From the IMG/VR virus record IMGVR_UViG_3300035491_000281: a stretch of 64,000 nt of DNA. One strand, written 5' to 3'. The DNA is from a virus. Lineage: Duplodnaviria > Caudoviricetes. Shown here piece after piece: positions 56,341-64,000 of the stretch (position 1 is its first letter; the number at the start of each line of letters is the position of its first letter). The translations under genes and the position numbers were made by a program. The notes beneath the pieces are model-generated. The model was not told where the DNA came from, searched no databases, and saw only the letters and a list, made by a program, of their open reading frames with translations.

Positions 56341-56814
56341 ATGAGCACTGAAAACACCGAGATTCTCACCCCCTCCGAAGAAACCCCGGAGCAGCGCCAA
56401 GAGCGCCGTATTGCCGCTTTGGAAAAGCAGGTAGCCCTGCTGGAAGAGACGGTCCTCAACATTGTCGGTGACCTCAAGGACCACGGCAGCCGCACCCTGG
56501 AAATGCTGGGGCTCTCCCTGGTGCAGACTGCCCGTCGGCAACGCCAGGTGGCAGTGCAGAAGGTAAAACCCGAGTTCAGCATTGCGGCGGTCCCGTCGGA
56601 GGAGGCCCAGACCGAGCACACGATGCTTATGCGCCAAGACGTCGAGGGTAATATCCAGCTGCTGGCTATGGTTGAGGGCGACTGGAAGGAAGTCCATTTC
56701 CCAGAGCTGAACCCAGCCCTGCTGCAACAGTACTATCACAGCCATGCCACGGCCGATGAACCGGTGGTCATGGTCAACATCTACAAGGTGGACAAGAAGG
56801 AGCCGACTGCGTGA
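56341..56814 (+). CDS. Hypothetical coiled-coil protein
   Basis: Coupled to its neighbours. Confidence 0.6.
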   Translation: MSTENTEILTPSEETPEQRQERRIAALEKQVALLEETVLNIVGDLKDHGSRTLEMLGLSLVQTARRQRQVAVQKVKPEFSIAAVPSEEAQTEHTMLMRQDVEGNIQLLAMVEGDWKEVHFPELNPALLQQYYHSHATADEPVVMVNIYKVDKKEPTA

Positions 56815-57362
56815 GCTCGAAAACCCACGAAGAGCTGCTGCTGGGTAATGCCCCGGAAATGATCCTGGCTGGCGAGCAGCGCCGCAACCCCACAATCACC
56901 GAGGCCTTGTTCGAGCAGGAGGTTCTTCCTATTCTGGAAAACCCTTTTGGCGAGGATGCCCTTGCCGCTTACGGACGTTACGTAGGTGAGCTGACGAAGC
57001 CCCTTAAGGTGTTGGATAACGAGGACCTGGACAAGGTCCTCTTTACCGTACCTGCGCTGGTGCAATCGCCGGTGACCACCATTCCCACCGGGCGCGGGAT
57101 GAGCGCAGAGATGTTCCTGCGCAGCCTGAGTCGCGACGTCGATCTGGGTGGACGCCATGTCAACGCCAAGATCCTCAACTTCATGACGCACATGACCAAG
57201 GTTCCGGATTACGTGGAGGTGGTGATCAAACCCATTCAGGAGATCCTGGCCCGTTACAACCGCCGTTTGACTGCAGTACCTGGGGTCGAGTCGACGGCAC
57301 CGACGGCACCGACCGTAGCCTCGTCCAGCGGGTCGAGCTTCACGGACGACTATGAAGACTGA
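56811..57362 (+). CDS. Conserved core hypothetical protein
   Basis: AAGGAG SD before GTG; synteny upstream of the Mre11-like nuclease. Confidence 0.6.
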   Translation: MSSKTHEELLLGNAPEMILAGEQRRNPTITEALFEQEVLPILENPFGEDALAAYGRYVGELTKPLKVLDNEDLDKVLFTVPALVQSPVTTIPTGRGMSAEMFLRSLSRDVDLGGRHVNAKILNFMTHMTKVPDYVEVVIKPIQEILARYNRRLTAVPGVESTAPTAPTVASSSGSSFTDDYED

Positions 57363-58497
57363 GGCCACTAAGACCCCGGGTGTGTTACGGATCAAGCAGG
57401 CGGGGGACATTCACCTGGGGCACCATCAGACCTCCACCGCTTCGATCATTGCCAACCTGGACCGGTACCTGACCAGCGACACCAGCTTGAAGGATGTGGA
57501 TATGCTGGTGCTGACCGGCGATATCTTCGACCGCCTGCTGCATAATGCCGATGACGCGGTCCACCAGATCAACCGGTGGGTCACTCGTCTGCTGTACCGC
57601 TGTGCCTATCTCGACGTGGTGCTCTGTGTGGTGGAGGGAACTCCTTCGCACGATCGGGGTCAGTCGCGGTTCTTTTGGGAACAGAAGCAAAACGCCAACA
57701 TCCCGGTGGAGCTACACTACGTCACGGAACTGGCGATTGTTCGTCTGGATCGGTTCGCCATCGACGTGTTGTTTGTTCCAGACAAATGGCGCCCGGATAC
57801 CACCGAGACCCTCGCCGAAGTGCGTCTGTTGATGAAACAGCGTGGGCTGGAGCAGGTGGATTTCGCCATCATGCACGGGGCCTTCGAGTACCAGTTACCG
57901 GCCATGGTACCCGAACCGACGCACGACAGCGCCGCATATCTGGAGTTGGTGCGCTACCTGATCATGATCGGTCATGTCCACCTCGCCAATCCCCGCGACC
58001 GCATTCTGCCGGCGGGGTCCTTCGATCGCCTCACGCACGGTGAGGAAGGCCCCAAAGGCTATTTCGATATTGAAGTGCGGGCCCCGGATGACTTTCGGGT
58101 GACCTTTGTCGAGAACAAAGGGGCGAAACGGTACGACACCCTGGCCCTGCACGGGCTCGACACCAAGGAGGCCAATGTCAAGATACGCAAACACCTCGAT
58201 GGCTTACCGAAGGGTAGTGCCATCCGGCTGCGCTGTGATGCCCATGACGCCGTCACCGGCGACCTGGACGGGCTGAAAAAGCTCTATCCGGATTACGAGT
58301 GGTCGCTCAAGATCGATGATAACAAAAAGAAAGAACGGGCGTCGGTGCTGGACACGTTCATGAAAATGGACATGTCGGAGTTTGTTCCCATCGACACCCA
58401 GTCCTTGGCGGGATTGGTCGGGCAGGAATTGGGTAAGTACAGTCCTGATACCGCAGTCACCGAGCGGTGTTTGCAGCGTTTAGCGGAGTTGATCTAA
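57352..58497 (+). CDS. Mre11/SbcD-like metallophosphoesterase nuclease
   Basis: GDIH, GDIFD, EGTPSHD, MHG, IGHVH, GSFDRL.HGEE. Confidence 0.9.
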   Translation: MKTEATKTPGVLRIKQAGDIHLGHHQTSTASIIANLDRYLTSDTSLKDVDMLVLTGDIFDRLLHNADDAVHQINRWVTRLLYRCAYLDVVLCVVEGTPSHDRGQSRFFWEQKQNANIPVELHYVTELAIVRLDRFAIDVLFVPDKWRPDTTETLAEVRLLMKQRGLEQVDFAIMHGAFEYQLPAMVPEPTHDSAAYLELVRYLIMIGHVHLANPRDRILPAGSFDRLTHGEEGPKGYFDIEVRAPDDFRVTFVENKGAKRYDTLALHGLDTKEANVKIRKHLDGLPKGSAIRLRCDAHDAVTGDLDGLKKLYPDYEWSLKIDDNKKKERASVLDTFMKMDMSEFVPIDTQSLAGLVGQELGKYSPDTAVTERCLQRLAELI

Positions 58498-59334
58498 ATG
58501 GAATACATCGAGCGTGAAACGGGGCAGTTCCCCCTGTCAATTGGGACCTCGTTGGCGCTGGAAGGTTTGTTTCAGATCCACCCCAACCAACCGCCGATCC
58601 CAACTGCTGGGCGGCGGGTGAACGCGCTGTGGGTGAACCTGCGGACCCTGATCCGTAACTTCTACGCGTCGATGAAGGCCGACCAGCAACGGTCGGCCCC
58701 AGTCAGTCAGGCAGTGGACCTTCTGGTAGAGGAGATTCGCAGTCTGCAGGACATCGTTCAACAACAGGGTAAGGGACGTTACCAGCTGGTGATTTATCAC
58801 AACGACCTGTCGGAGGTCCGCTGGCAATTTCCCCATGCCCATTACAAGGAGCCTAAAACCGAAAAACAAATTTACCAAGCCCACCTGGAAGCCACCGTGC
58901 TGAAACTGGTGCTGGATCAGGTGATTGAAGAGAAACTGCCAGTGGCTAATGTAGTAAAGCAACCGCCCACCACCCCGCAGGTGGCGGCGCTGCTGACGCA
59001 TTATCCGCATGAGTTGCTGTGGCGGTTTCAATTTGACAGCCTATTCCTGCTGGAATCACACACCGGTAAACTCAAGGGCTACAGCCAGTGGTGCAGTAAG
59101 CTAAACGGGTTGACCGTGGACCACCACATCCCCTTCAATGCGTTTACCCTGCAGCTGTTCGGTGAGGGCGTGCTGTTTAGTAGCTTCCCCAAGAAACTAC
59201 TTGATGAAGTAAAACAACTGGCCGGTAGCCGTAAATGGAGTGCGGTGACCACCATTGAGAAGATCCGGGACGACGTGAGTCGCTATGGCGGCGAGGTACT
59301 CCGCCAGACTTACGCCACCCTGATGTCACGCTGA
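58498..59334 (+). CDS. Conserved core protein (phiKZ gp66-like)
   Basis: ERETGQFPLSIGTSLALE, LLESHTG; synteny. Confidence 0.6.
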   Translation: MEYIERETGQFPLSIGTSLALEGLFQIHPNQPPIPTAGRRVNALWVNLRTLIRNFYASMKADQQRSAPVSQAVDLLVEEIRSLQDIVQQQGKGRYQLVIYHNDLSEVRWQFPHAHYKEPKTEKQIYQAHLEATVLKLVLDQVIEEKLPVANVVKQPPTTPQVAALLTHYPHELLWRFQFDSLFLLESHTGKLKGYSQWCSKLNGLTVDHHIPFNAFTLQLFGEGVLFSSFPKKLLDEVKQLAGSRKWSAVTTIEKIRDDVSRYGGEVLRQTYATLMSR

Positions 59335-59452
59335 GAAACTTTACGCCCCAGCTTAATAATACGAGAACACCTACTCCTTCCCCAACGGCATTGCCTCAAA
59401 GGACCTATGGCGCCTTGACCGTGCCGCTTTCACAGACCTGGAGTCTACCCCC

Positions 59453-60181
59453 ATGAACGATCGCAACAATAATCGTCCGCCCATCGCGCCGAACCCGCTC
59501 GACGTCATGTCGACCTGGTTGTACGCCGACCCGGTGGCGGGCAGCAACAAGCGTCCCAACTTCCGCGTCAAGGTATTTGGTAACGTCCCTCGCCTGACCG
59601 TCAAGACCAACGTCCAGGACGACAAGAACAACGGCAAGATCGACTTCAACACCGATCTGGCCACGTTCGCGGTAATCTTGCACAAGCTGCGTGAAATTGC
59701 CGAAGGGCGTGACGAAAAATCCTACGCCTTCGAGTACGTCGATGACTTCGTCGCCGGTAAGAAGTTCGACAAACCGGTGACCCTGGCCACCGTCAAGATC
59801 GGCAAGGATCGCGACAGCGGTAAGGTGTACATCGCAGTGCTCGGCTACAACCGCCCTAAGATCCAGTTCTTCTTCGGTCCGTCCAAGTACCATGCCATGA
59901 AGCATGGCGACGGTAGTGAGGTCAGTGAAGCCGAAGTGTCGGCGGCCTACGCCGTGGGCTTCGTGTTGTCGATTGGCCCGCTGGTCCAGCAGCTGCTGGT
60001 CACCGAGTTCAATCCCGACGCCAAGAACGTCGCCAAGGCGCCGGTCCCGGGTCAGGGTGGTGGCGGTGGTGGCTACAACCGCAATGGCGGTGGTGGTGGC
60101 GGTTACAACCGCAACAACGGCGGCGGCAACAGCGCCCCGCGTGTCGACGACAAGGTCGACGACTTCGACGAGTGGCTGTAA
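59453..60181 (+). CDS. chmC: Probable ChmC-like nucleus-associated RNA-binding protein
   Basis: Position directly upstream of the gp68-like nvRNAP subunit; Gly/Asn-rich disordered C-terminus with acidic end; strong codon bias. Confidence 0.6.
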   Translation: MNDRNNNRPPIAPNPLDVMSTWLYADPVAGSNKRPNFRVKVFGNVPRLTVKTNVQDDKNNGKIDFNTDLATFAVILHKLREIAEGRDEKSYAFEYVDDFVAGKKFDKPVTLATVKIGKDRDSGKVYIAVLGYNRPKIQFFFGPSKYHAMKHGDGSEVSEAEVSAAYAVGFVLSIGPLVQQLLVTEFNPDAKNVAKAPVPGQGGGGGGYNRNGGGGGGYNRNNGGGNSAPRVDDKVDDFDEWL

Positions 60182-60316
60182 GCAACTAAATAGACCCCAG
60201 GGCTGTCCCTGGGGTCTGTGCTCTTAAGTCCGATTGGAGTTGAAATAAGATCTACATTATCAAATCGAAGGTCCACAACGAAGGACACGTGTTTAATACA
60301 GACGAGGCCAACCGAA

Positions 60317-61885
60317 ATGCATCTTGAGGTTACGCAAATCCAGGGTAGTGGCTTTACCGAGGTCGCCGCAGTCCACAAAGGCGAACGCCTGGTGTGGTCG
60401 GTGGGCACCTACGGCAAGGTCAAGCTCAATGACCCGCTGCGGGTGTTCGATGAAATCAACGCCTACTGGGCATGGATGGGGGCGGACGTTCAGGAGAAAG
60501 TCTGGGAGCAGTACAAAGAGCTCAAGCATTACCTAGAGCAGGTCATGGACCCGTTCCACATCAGCAAGTACCTGCGCCGGCACATCGTACTGATGTATCA
60601 GGCCATGCCACTGGACAGCTTCTCCAAGTGGTTGCTGACCCGCGGTAACCTGTATATCCCCTCGGACATTCAGGACACCATCACCGCCGACGCTCATTAC
60701 AACAACGCTGAGCAGACCTACCTCAAAGCCGATTACATCAACCTGGCGGCATTGTCGCTGGCGTTACGTCCGATGTTGCCGGTGTGGGGGGAATACATCG
60801 ACCAGGGTGGTCAGGGTGTGGGTAACGACCTCTACAAGGAAATGGAGGCAGTCGGACTGATCAACGAAACGGAGATCACCAATTGGCCGGTTGATAACCC
60901 CGCGTTCGACAAGCTGCACAACTACATCCGTATCACCACCGAGGACACACCGATCACCCTGGGTCGGTTGTGGGAGGGGATGGGGAGTGCCGAGATCCCG
61001 ATCTGGCTACAGGCCAAGGTTTTGGTTCGGCGTCTGACCATTGTGCCGCTCTGCGACCACAGCGCCACCCACTCGATCATTGCCAACGTCTACCGTTACG
61101 TCAAGTCCAACCTCAAACCCACCGATCGCCGTACCACGGACCGGGTCAATGAGAAGCGCCCAGAGGGCGAAGGCCGCGACGAAGATGACAAGACCTCCCT
61201 GCTCGAAGGCTACAAGGTCAAGCAACGCATTGCCCATGGCGACGCTGTGCTGTTCACGGTGTTCAGTGAGAACATGGCAGGGCTCGCGCAACGAGTCGAT
61301 CCCACGGTCGACCTGAAGCTACTGGACCGGACTATCGAGGTTTTGCCGGATGTGGCCAAGGTCCAGATCCATGAACACCAGATTCGTCTGGCGCAATGGG
61401 TGTTGGCCAAAGCCTATTCGCCGCGGGCGTTCTATCATATTCCCAAGGCCGCAGTCAATCGCCTGCTGGCCACGGCACAAGCACTGCTTTGGCACTGGGG
61501 GTACATGGACATCGCTTGCCTGTTGCAGGTGGAGCGGATCAACACCACCGATCAGGAGATCCCTGGGATCACGCAACAACCGCGGTCGAGTACGAGGATT
61601 TCACGCAAGTACGTGGATGAATTGATGCTCCTGTATCCGCACGTCAAGCCACAGAAAGCCAAAGCGAACGATCCGGAAGGCTCGACCCGCAATGGCAATG
61701 TCGCCGCCCTTGGCATCAACAACCTCACTCGCCTGATCATGGCGGGTAACTGGTACTACCATGGCCCCCGGGAACTGCGTAAATTGGCAGGTCAACCGGA
61801 AGGTCGGGGATTGCTAGTGGTTGCTCCTACTATAAAAAGCAGAATCACCGAGCTGGTCATTGATCTGGCCAAACTCAACCGTTAA
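60317..61885 (+). CDS. nvRNAP promoter-specificity subunit (phiKZ gp68-like)
   Basis: ~520 aa; LRPMLPVWGEY; synteny between the chmC-like and picA-like genes. Confidence 0.7.
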   Translation: MHLEVTQIQGSGFTEVAAVHKGERLVWSVGTYGKVKLNDPLRVFDEINAYWAWMGADVQEKVWEQYKELKHYLEQVMDPFHISKYLRRHIVLMYQAMPLDSFSKWLLTRGNLYIPSDIQDTITADAHYNNAEQTYLKADYINLAALSLALRPMLPVWGEYIDQGGQGVGNDLYKEMEAVGLINETEITNWPVDNPAFDKLHNYIRITTEDTPITLGRLWEGMGSAEIPIWLQAKVLVRRLTIVPLCDHSATHSIIANVYRYVKSNLKPTDRRTTDRVNEKRPEGEGRDEDDKTSLLEGYKVKQRIAHGDAVLFTVFSENMAGLAQRVDPTVDLKLLDRTIEVLPDVAKVQIHEHQIRLAQWVLAKAYSPRAFYHIPKAAVNRLLATAQALLWHWGYMDIACLLQVERINTTDQEIPGITQQPRSSTRISRKYVDELMLLYPHVKPQKAKANDPEGSTRNGNVAALGINNLTRLIMAGNWYYHGPRELRKLAGQPEGRGLLVVAPTIKSRITELVIDLAKLNR

Positions 61886-61912
61886 CGATTGCAGTAAGAG
61901 ACGAGGTGTAAC

Positions 61913-63520
61913 ATGTTCGGTCACCAAAATGCCGAAGTCCATATCGTGGATTTTATCCTGACCCAGACCGGGACCTATCAGGAGCAAGGTCTGCGTCCAT
62001 TCGAGACTCACATCGAAGCTCACCACATCGATGAACTGGTTCGTAACACCCGGGGTGGGCAAAACCTCGGTGTGGCGGCGGTGGAGTCGGTAGCTGGCGA
62101 AATCATCCGCCCGCAGGCCACGGTGGAAGCGCCGGTCAACATCGCCCACGGCTGGCGTTCGCGCCGGTTCCGCTTCCTGATGCGTGTGGTTGAGCGCCAC
62201 CCCTTCGCCGGGACCGCCACCCAGCGTGTCTACTTCGGGTATACTGACCAGTGCGACGCATCCTTTAATCACCTTGATCCGAACATGCGGATCTACTTCA
62301 ACTCCGAGACCATCGTCAACGACTTCATCCGCCAGACCCCCAACGGCCCGGTGGTGGAGGCGCAAGTCATCGGCGCCAATCAGATCGTGTCCCCGCTGGA
62401 CATGTCGGGTGATGTTCCGGCTAATGGCTACTACCATAAGCCAACAGCGTTCCTGATCCGCCCTGAGGATGTTTTCGGGGTGGGACAGACCCAGCACATG
62501 GCACAGATGATGGCGGCCACGGGACAGTTCCCGGGCGGTTTCGATGTCACCTACGATGCCCGCAACATGGTAGGGCAGGGTGGGGCCTACAAGTATTCGC
62601 GCCGCCGTGACACTGCCCCGTCGCGGTATCTGTCCGATACCCTGCAGGCTTACAACCATGCCATCAGCGAAGCGCGGATGAGTGAGGACGAGAACCTGGT
62701 GAATGACCGGGACCTGATTTACGGTGAGGCCCAGAGCCATGCTGCGAACCAGGACATCCACAAGAACCTGTTCTTTGCCAAACTCAAGGACGGCGCCGGC
62801 TTCATGGAGCGCGGCTTTGTCACCCTGGCCGACCTGCAACGGATTTGTCCGGAGCTGAACAGACCCGGCGTGCTCAACTACTCGTTGGATGACGGCCGTT
62901 CTATCCGCCAGGTGAACTTTGCCGAGCAAAGCGAGCAGTGGATGGGTTCGGATCGCATGACCCTTGCGGCATCGACCCTGGCCCAGGTGGTACCCTCGAT
63001 CATGATGGATAACTTTATCCGTTCGATCAGCTTCGCTGTGACTAACGGTCGGGGTTTGGGGGACTACGCCATCCATCTGCACGAACACAGCACCCGTAGT
63101 GTGGTGGACAACCTCCCGATGATTCCGTATCTGACGGAGTTCCAGCGTCGCCTGGTAACCGACGCCTTGAACACCATTACCCACCACAACCAAATCGGTT
63201 TTCAGATCAGCATGGCCAGCGACTTGGCCGGAGACAGTGTGATCGACATCTCGCTTGATGGTGAACCCGTACGCCGGTACGTGGCACCCACCTTCAGCGA
63301 TTCGTTGTTCGCGCCGATTATCACCCACCGTCGTGACCTGCCGAACCTGATCTCCAACGACCTGATGTTCCTGGTCGAGAACGCCGTCCCGGCTCAGCGC
63401 CAGGCCCAGCCGATCATGACCCAGCCGCACCAGGCCTACCACCAGCAACCCAGCGCCTACCCGGGCGTGAGCATTCCCCAGCAAGGACCTTCTTATGACA
63501 ACGATTCAGGACTTCTATAA
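61913..63520 (+). CDS. picA: Probable PicA/Imp1 phage-nucleus protein-import factor (phiKZ gp69-like)
   Basis: 535 aa; TGTYQEQ.LRPF, GW...RFRFLM; Gln/Pro-rich tail; synteny. Confidence 0.55.
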   Translation: MFGHQNAEVHIVDFILTQTGTYQEQGLRPFETHIEAHHIDELVRNTRGGQNLGVAAVESVAGEIIRPQATVEAPVNIAHGWRSRRFRFLMRVVERHPFAGTATQRVYFGYTDQCDASFNHLDPNMRIYFNSETIVNDFIRQTPNGPVVEAQVIGANQIVSPLDMSGDVPANGYYHKPTAFLIRPEDVFGVGQTQHMAQMMAATGQFPGGFDVTYDARNMVGQGGAYKYSRRRDTAPSRYLSDTLQAYNHAISEARMSEDENLVNDRDLIYGEAQSHAANQDIHKNLFFAKLKDGAGFMERGFVTLADLQRICPELNRPGVLNYSLDDGRSIRQVNFAEQSEQWMGSDRMTLAASTLAQVVPSIMMDNFIRSISFAVTNGRGLGDYAIHLHEHSTRSVVDNLPMIPYLTEFQRRLVTDALNTITHHNQIGFQISMASDLAGDSVIDISLDGEPVRRYVAPTFSDSLFAPIITHRRDLPNLISNDLMFLVENAVPAQRQAQPIMTQPHQAYHQQPSAYPGVSIPQQGPSYDNDSGLL

Positions 63521-64000
63521 GCACGTACTCTCGGCGCTGCGCTACCGCGTGGATGACGAGGGGCTGATCAGCTTCATGGCGCCGGACGGCACCGTGATTC
63601 CGGCCAGCGTGGACAAGCGGCGGTTGGTCTTGCCGACGGATGCGTGGCTGCGTAAGGGCTTCACCGAGGACCTACAGCCGTTCCATCCGCTGTCGGAAAG
63701 CATTGCCCGCCGCGCCGCCTCGCCGGTGTTGGTGCACATGCAGCGTACTGCTCGGGCAGTATTGGCTCACAACTTCCTGGAGTTGGCCACCCGCTTGTTG
63801 GCGGTGGCAGCGGAGCCCAGCCTGCACAAGGACTTGCCGCCAGCGTGCGGCGAGTACCTGAAGAAGGTGCCGCATGCCGACAAGAAAACGCTGGCTGCCT
63901 TCGAACAGCTGACCGAAAAGGCCATGGCCAAGAATCAGCTGATCACCCTCTACCTGAAAAACGGCGGTAAGTATGACGGCAAGAAGGTCAATCGTCTCTG
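63495..64000 (+). CDS. Conserved core protein (phiKZ gp70-like), truncated by the window edge
   Basis: AAGGA SD, then ATG 63495 MTTIQDFYKHVLSAL...RLVLPT...FHPLSE; open to the end of the window. Confidence 0.65.
   Translation, partial: MTTIQDFYKHVLSALRYRVDDEGLISFMAPDGTVIPASVDKRRLVLPTDAWLRKGFTEDLQPFHPLSESIARRAASPVLVHMQRTARAVLAHNFLELATRLLAVAAEPSLHKDLPPACGEYLKKVPHADKKTLAAFEQLTEKAMAKNQLITLYLKNGGKYDGKKVNRL

Noticed and set aside
1-64000. tRNA or rRNA genes
   Set aside because: No cloverleaf or T-loop (GTTCRANYC) context found by eye; tRNAscan-SE would be needed to exclude them fully
1-64000. Genome-wide stop-codon reassignment
   Set aside because: Core genes are full length under the standard code, and TAA, TAG and TGA all end genes at the expected positions

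Overview
A 64-kb segment of a GC-rich, nucleus-forming jumbo phage (phiKZ-related, Chimalliviridae-type). Core genes present: terminase large subunit, tail sheath/tube and neighbouring virion genes, PhuZ tubulin, a family-B DNA polymerase subunit, chimallin (ChmA), non-virion RNA polymerase subunits, an Mre11/SbcD nuclease, and probable ChmC and PicA/Imp1 (these two rest mostly on synteny). Nucleotide-metabolism genes are nrdA, nrdB and DHFR. Accessory regions encode an AAA ATPase, SspB, DHH/HD/CX5R phosphoesterases, a GH5 endoglucanase, a signal-peptide thermonuclease and many small orphans. The most unusual item is a nitric oxide dismutase (NOD)/qNor-family gene. It is N-terminally truncated and has an in-frame deletion that removes the non-heme-iron helices but keeps the heme His ligands. 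It lies in frame with, and one TAA downstream of, a small Cys-rich phage ORF. Also noted: a recurring intergenic CGRCATA-hairpin-TTATGYCG element, a candidate early promoter motif (TTGRRNNYATATCAC), and an ~800-bp hairpin-dense noncoding region upstream of phuZ. I saw no tRNA, rRNA or CRISPR array. Family assignments come from motifs, synteny and recalled family sequences; no database searches were run.
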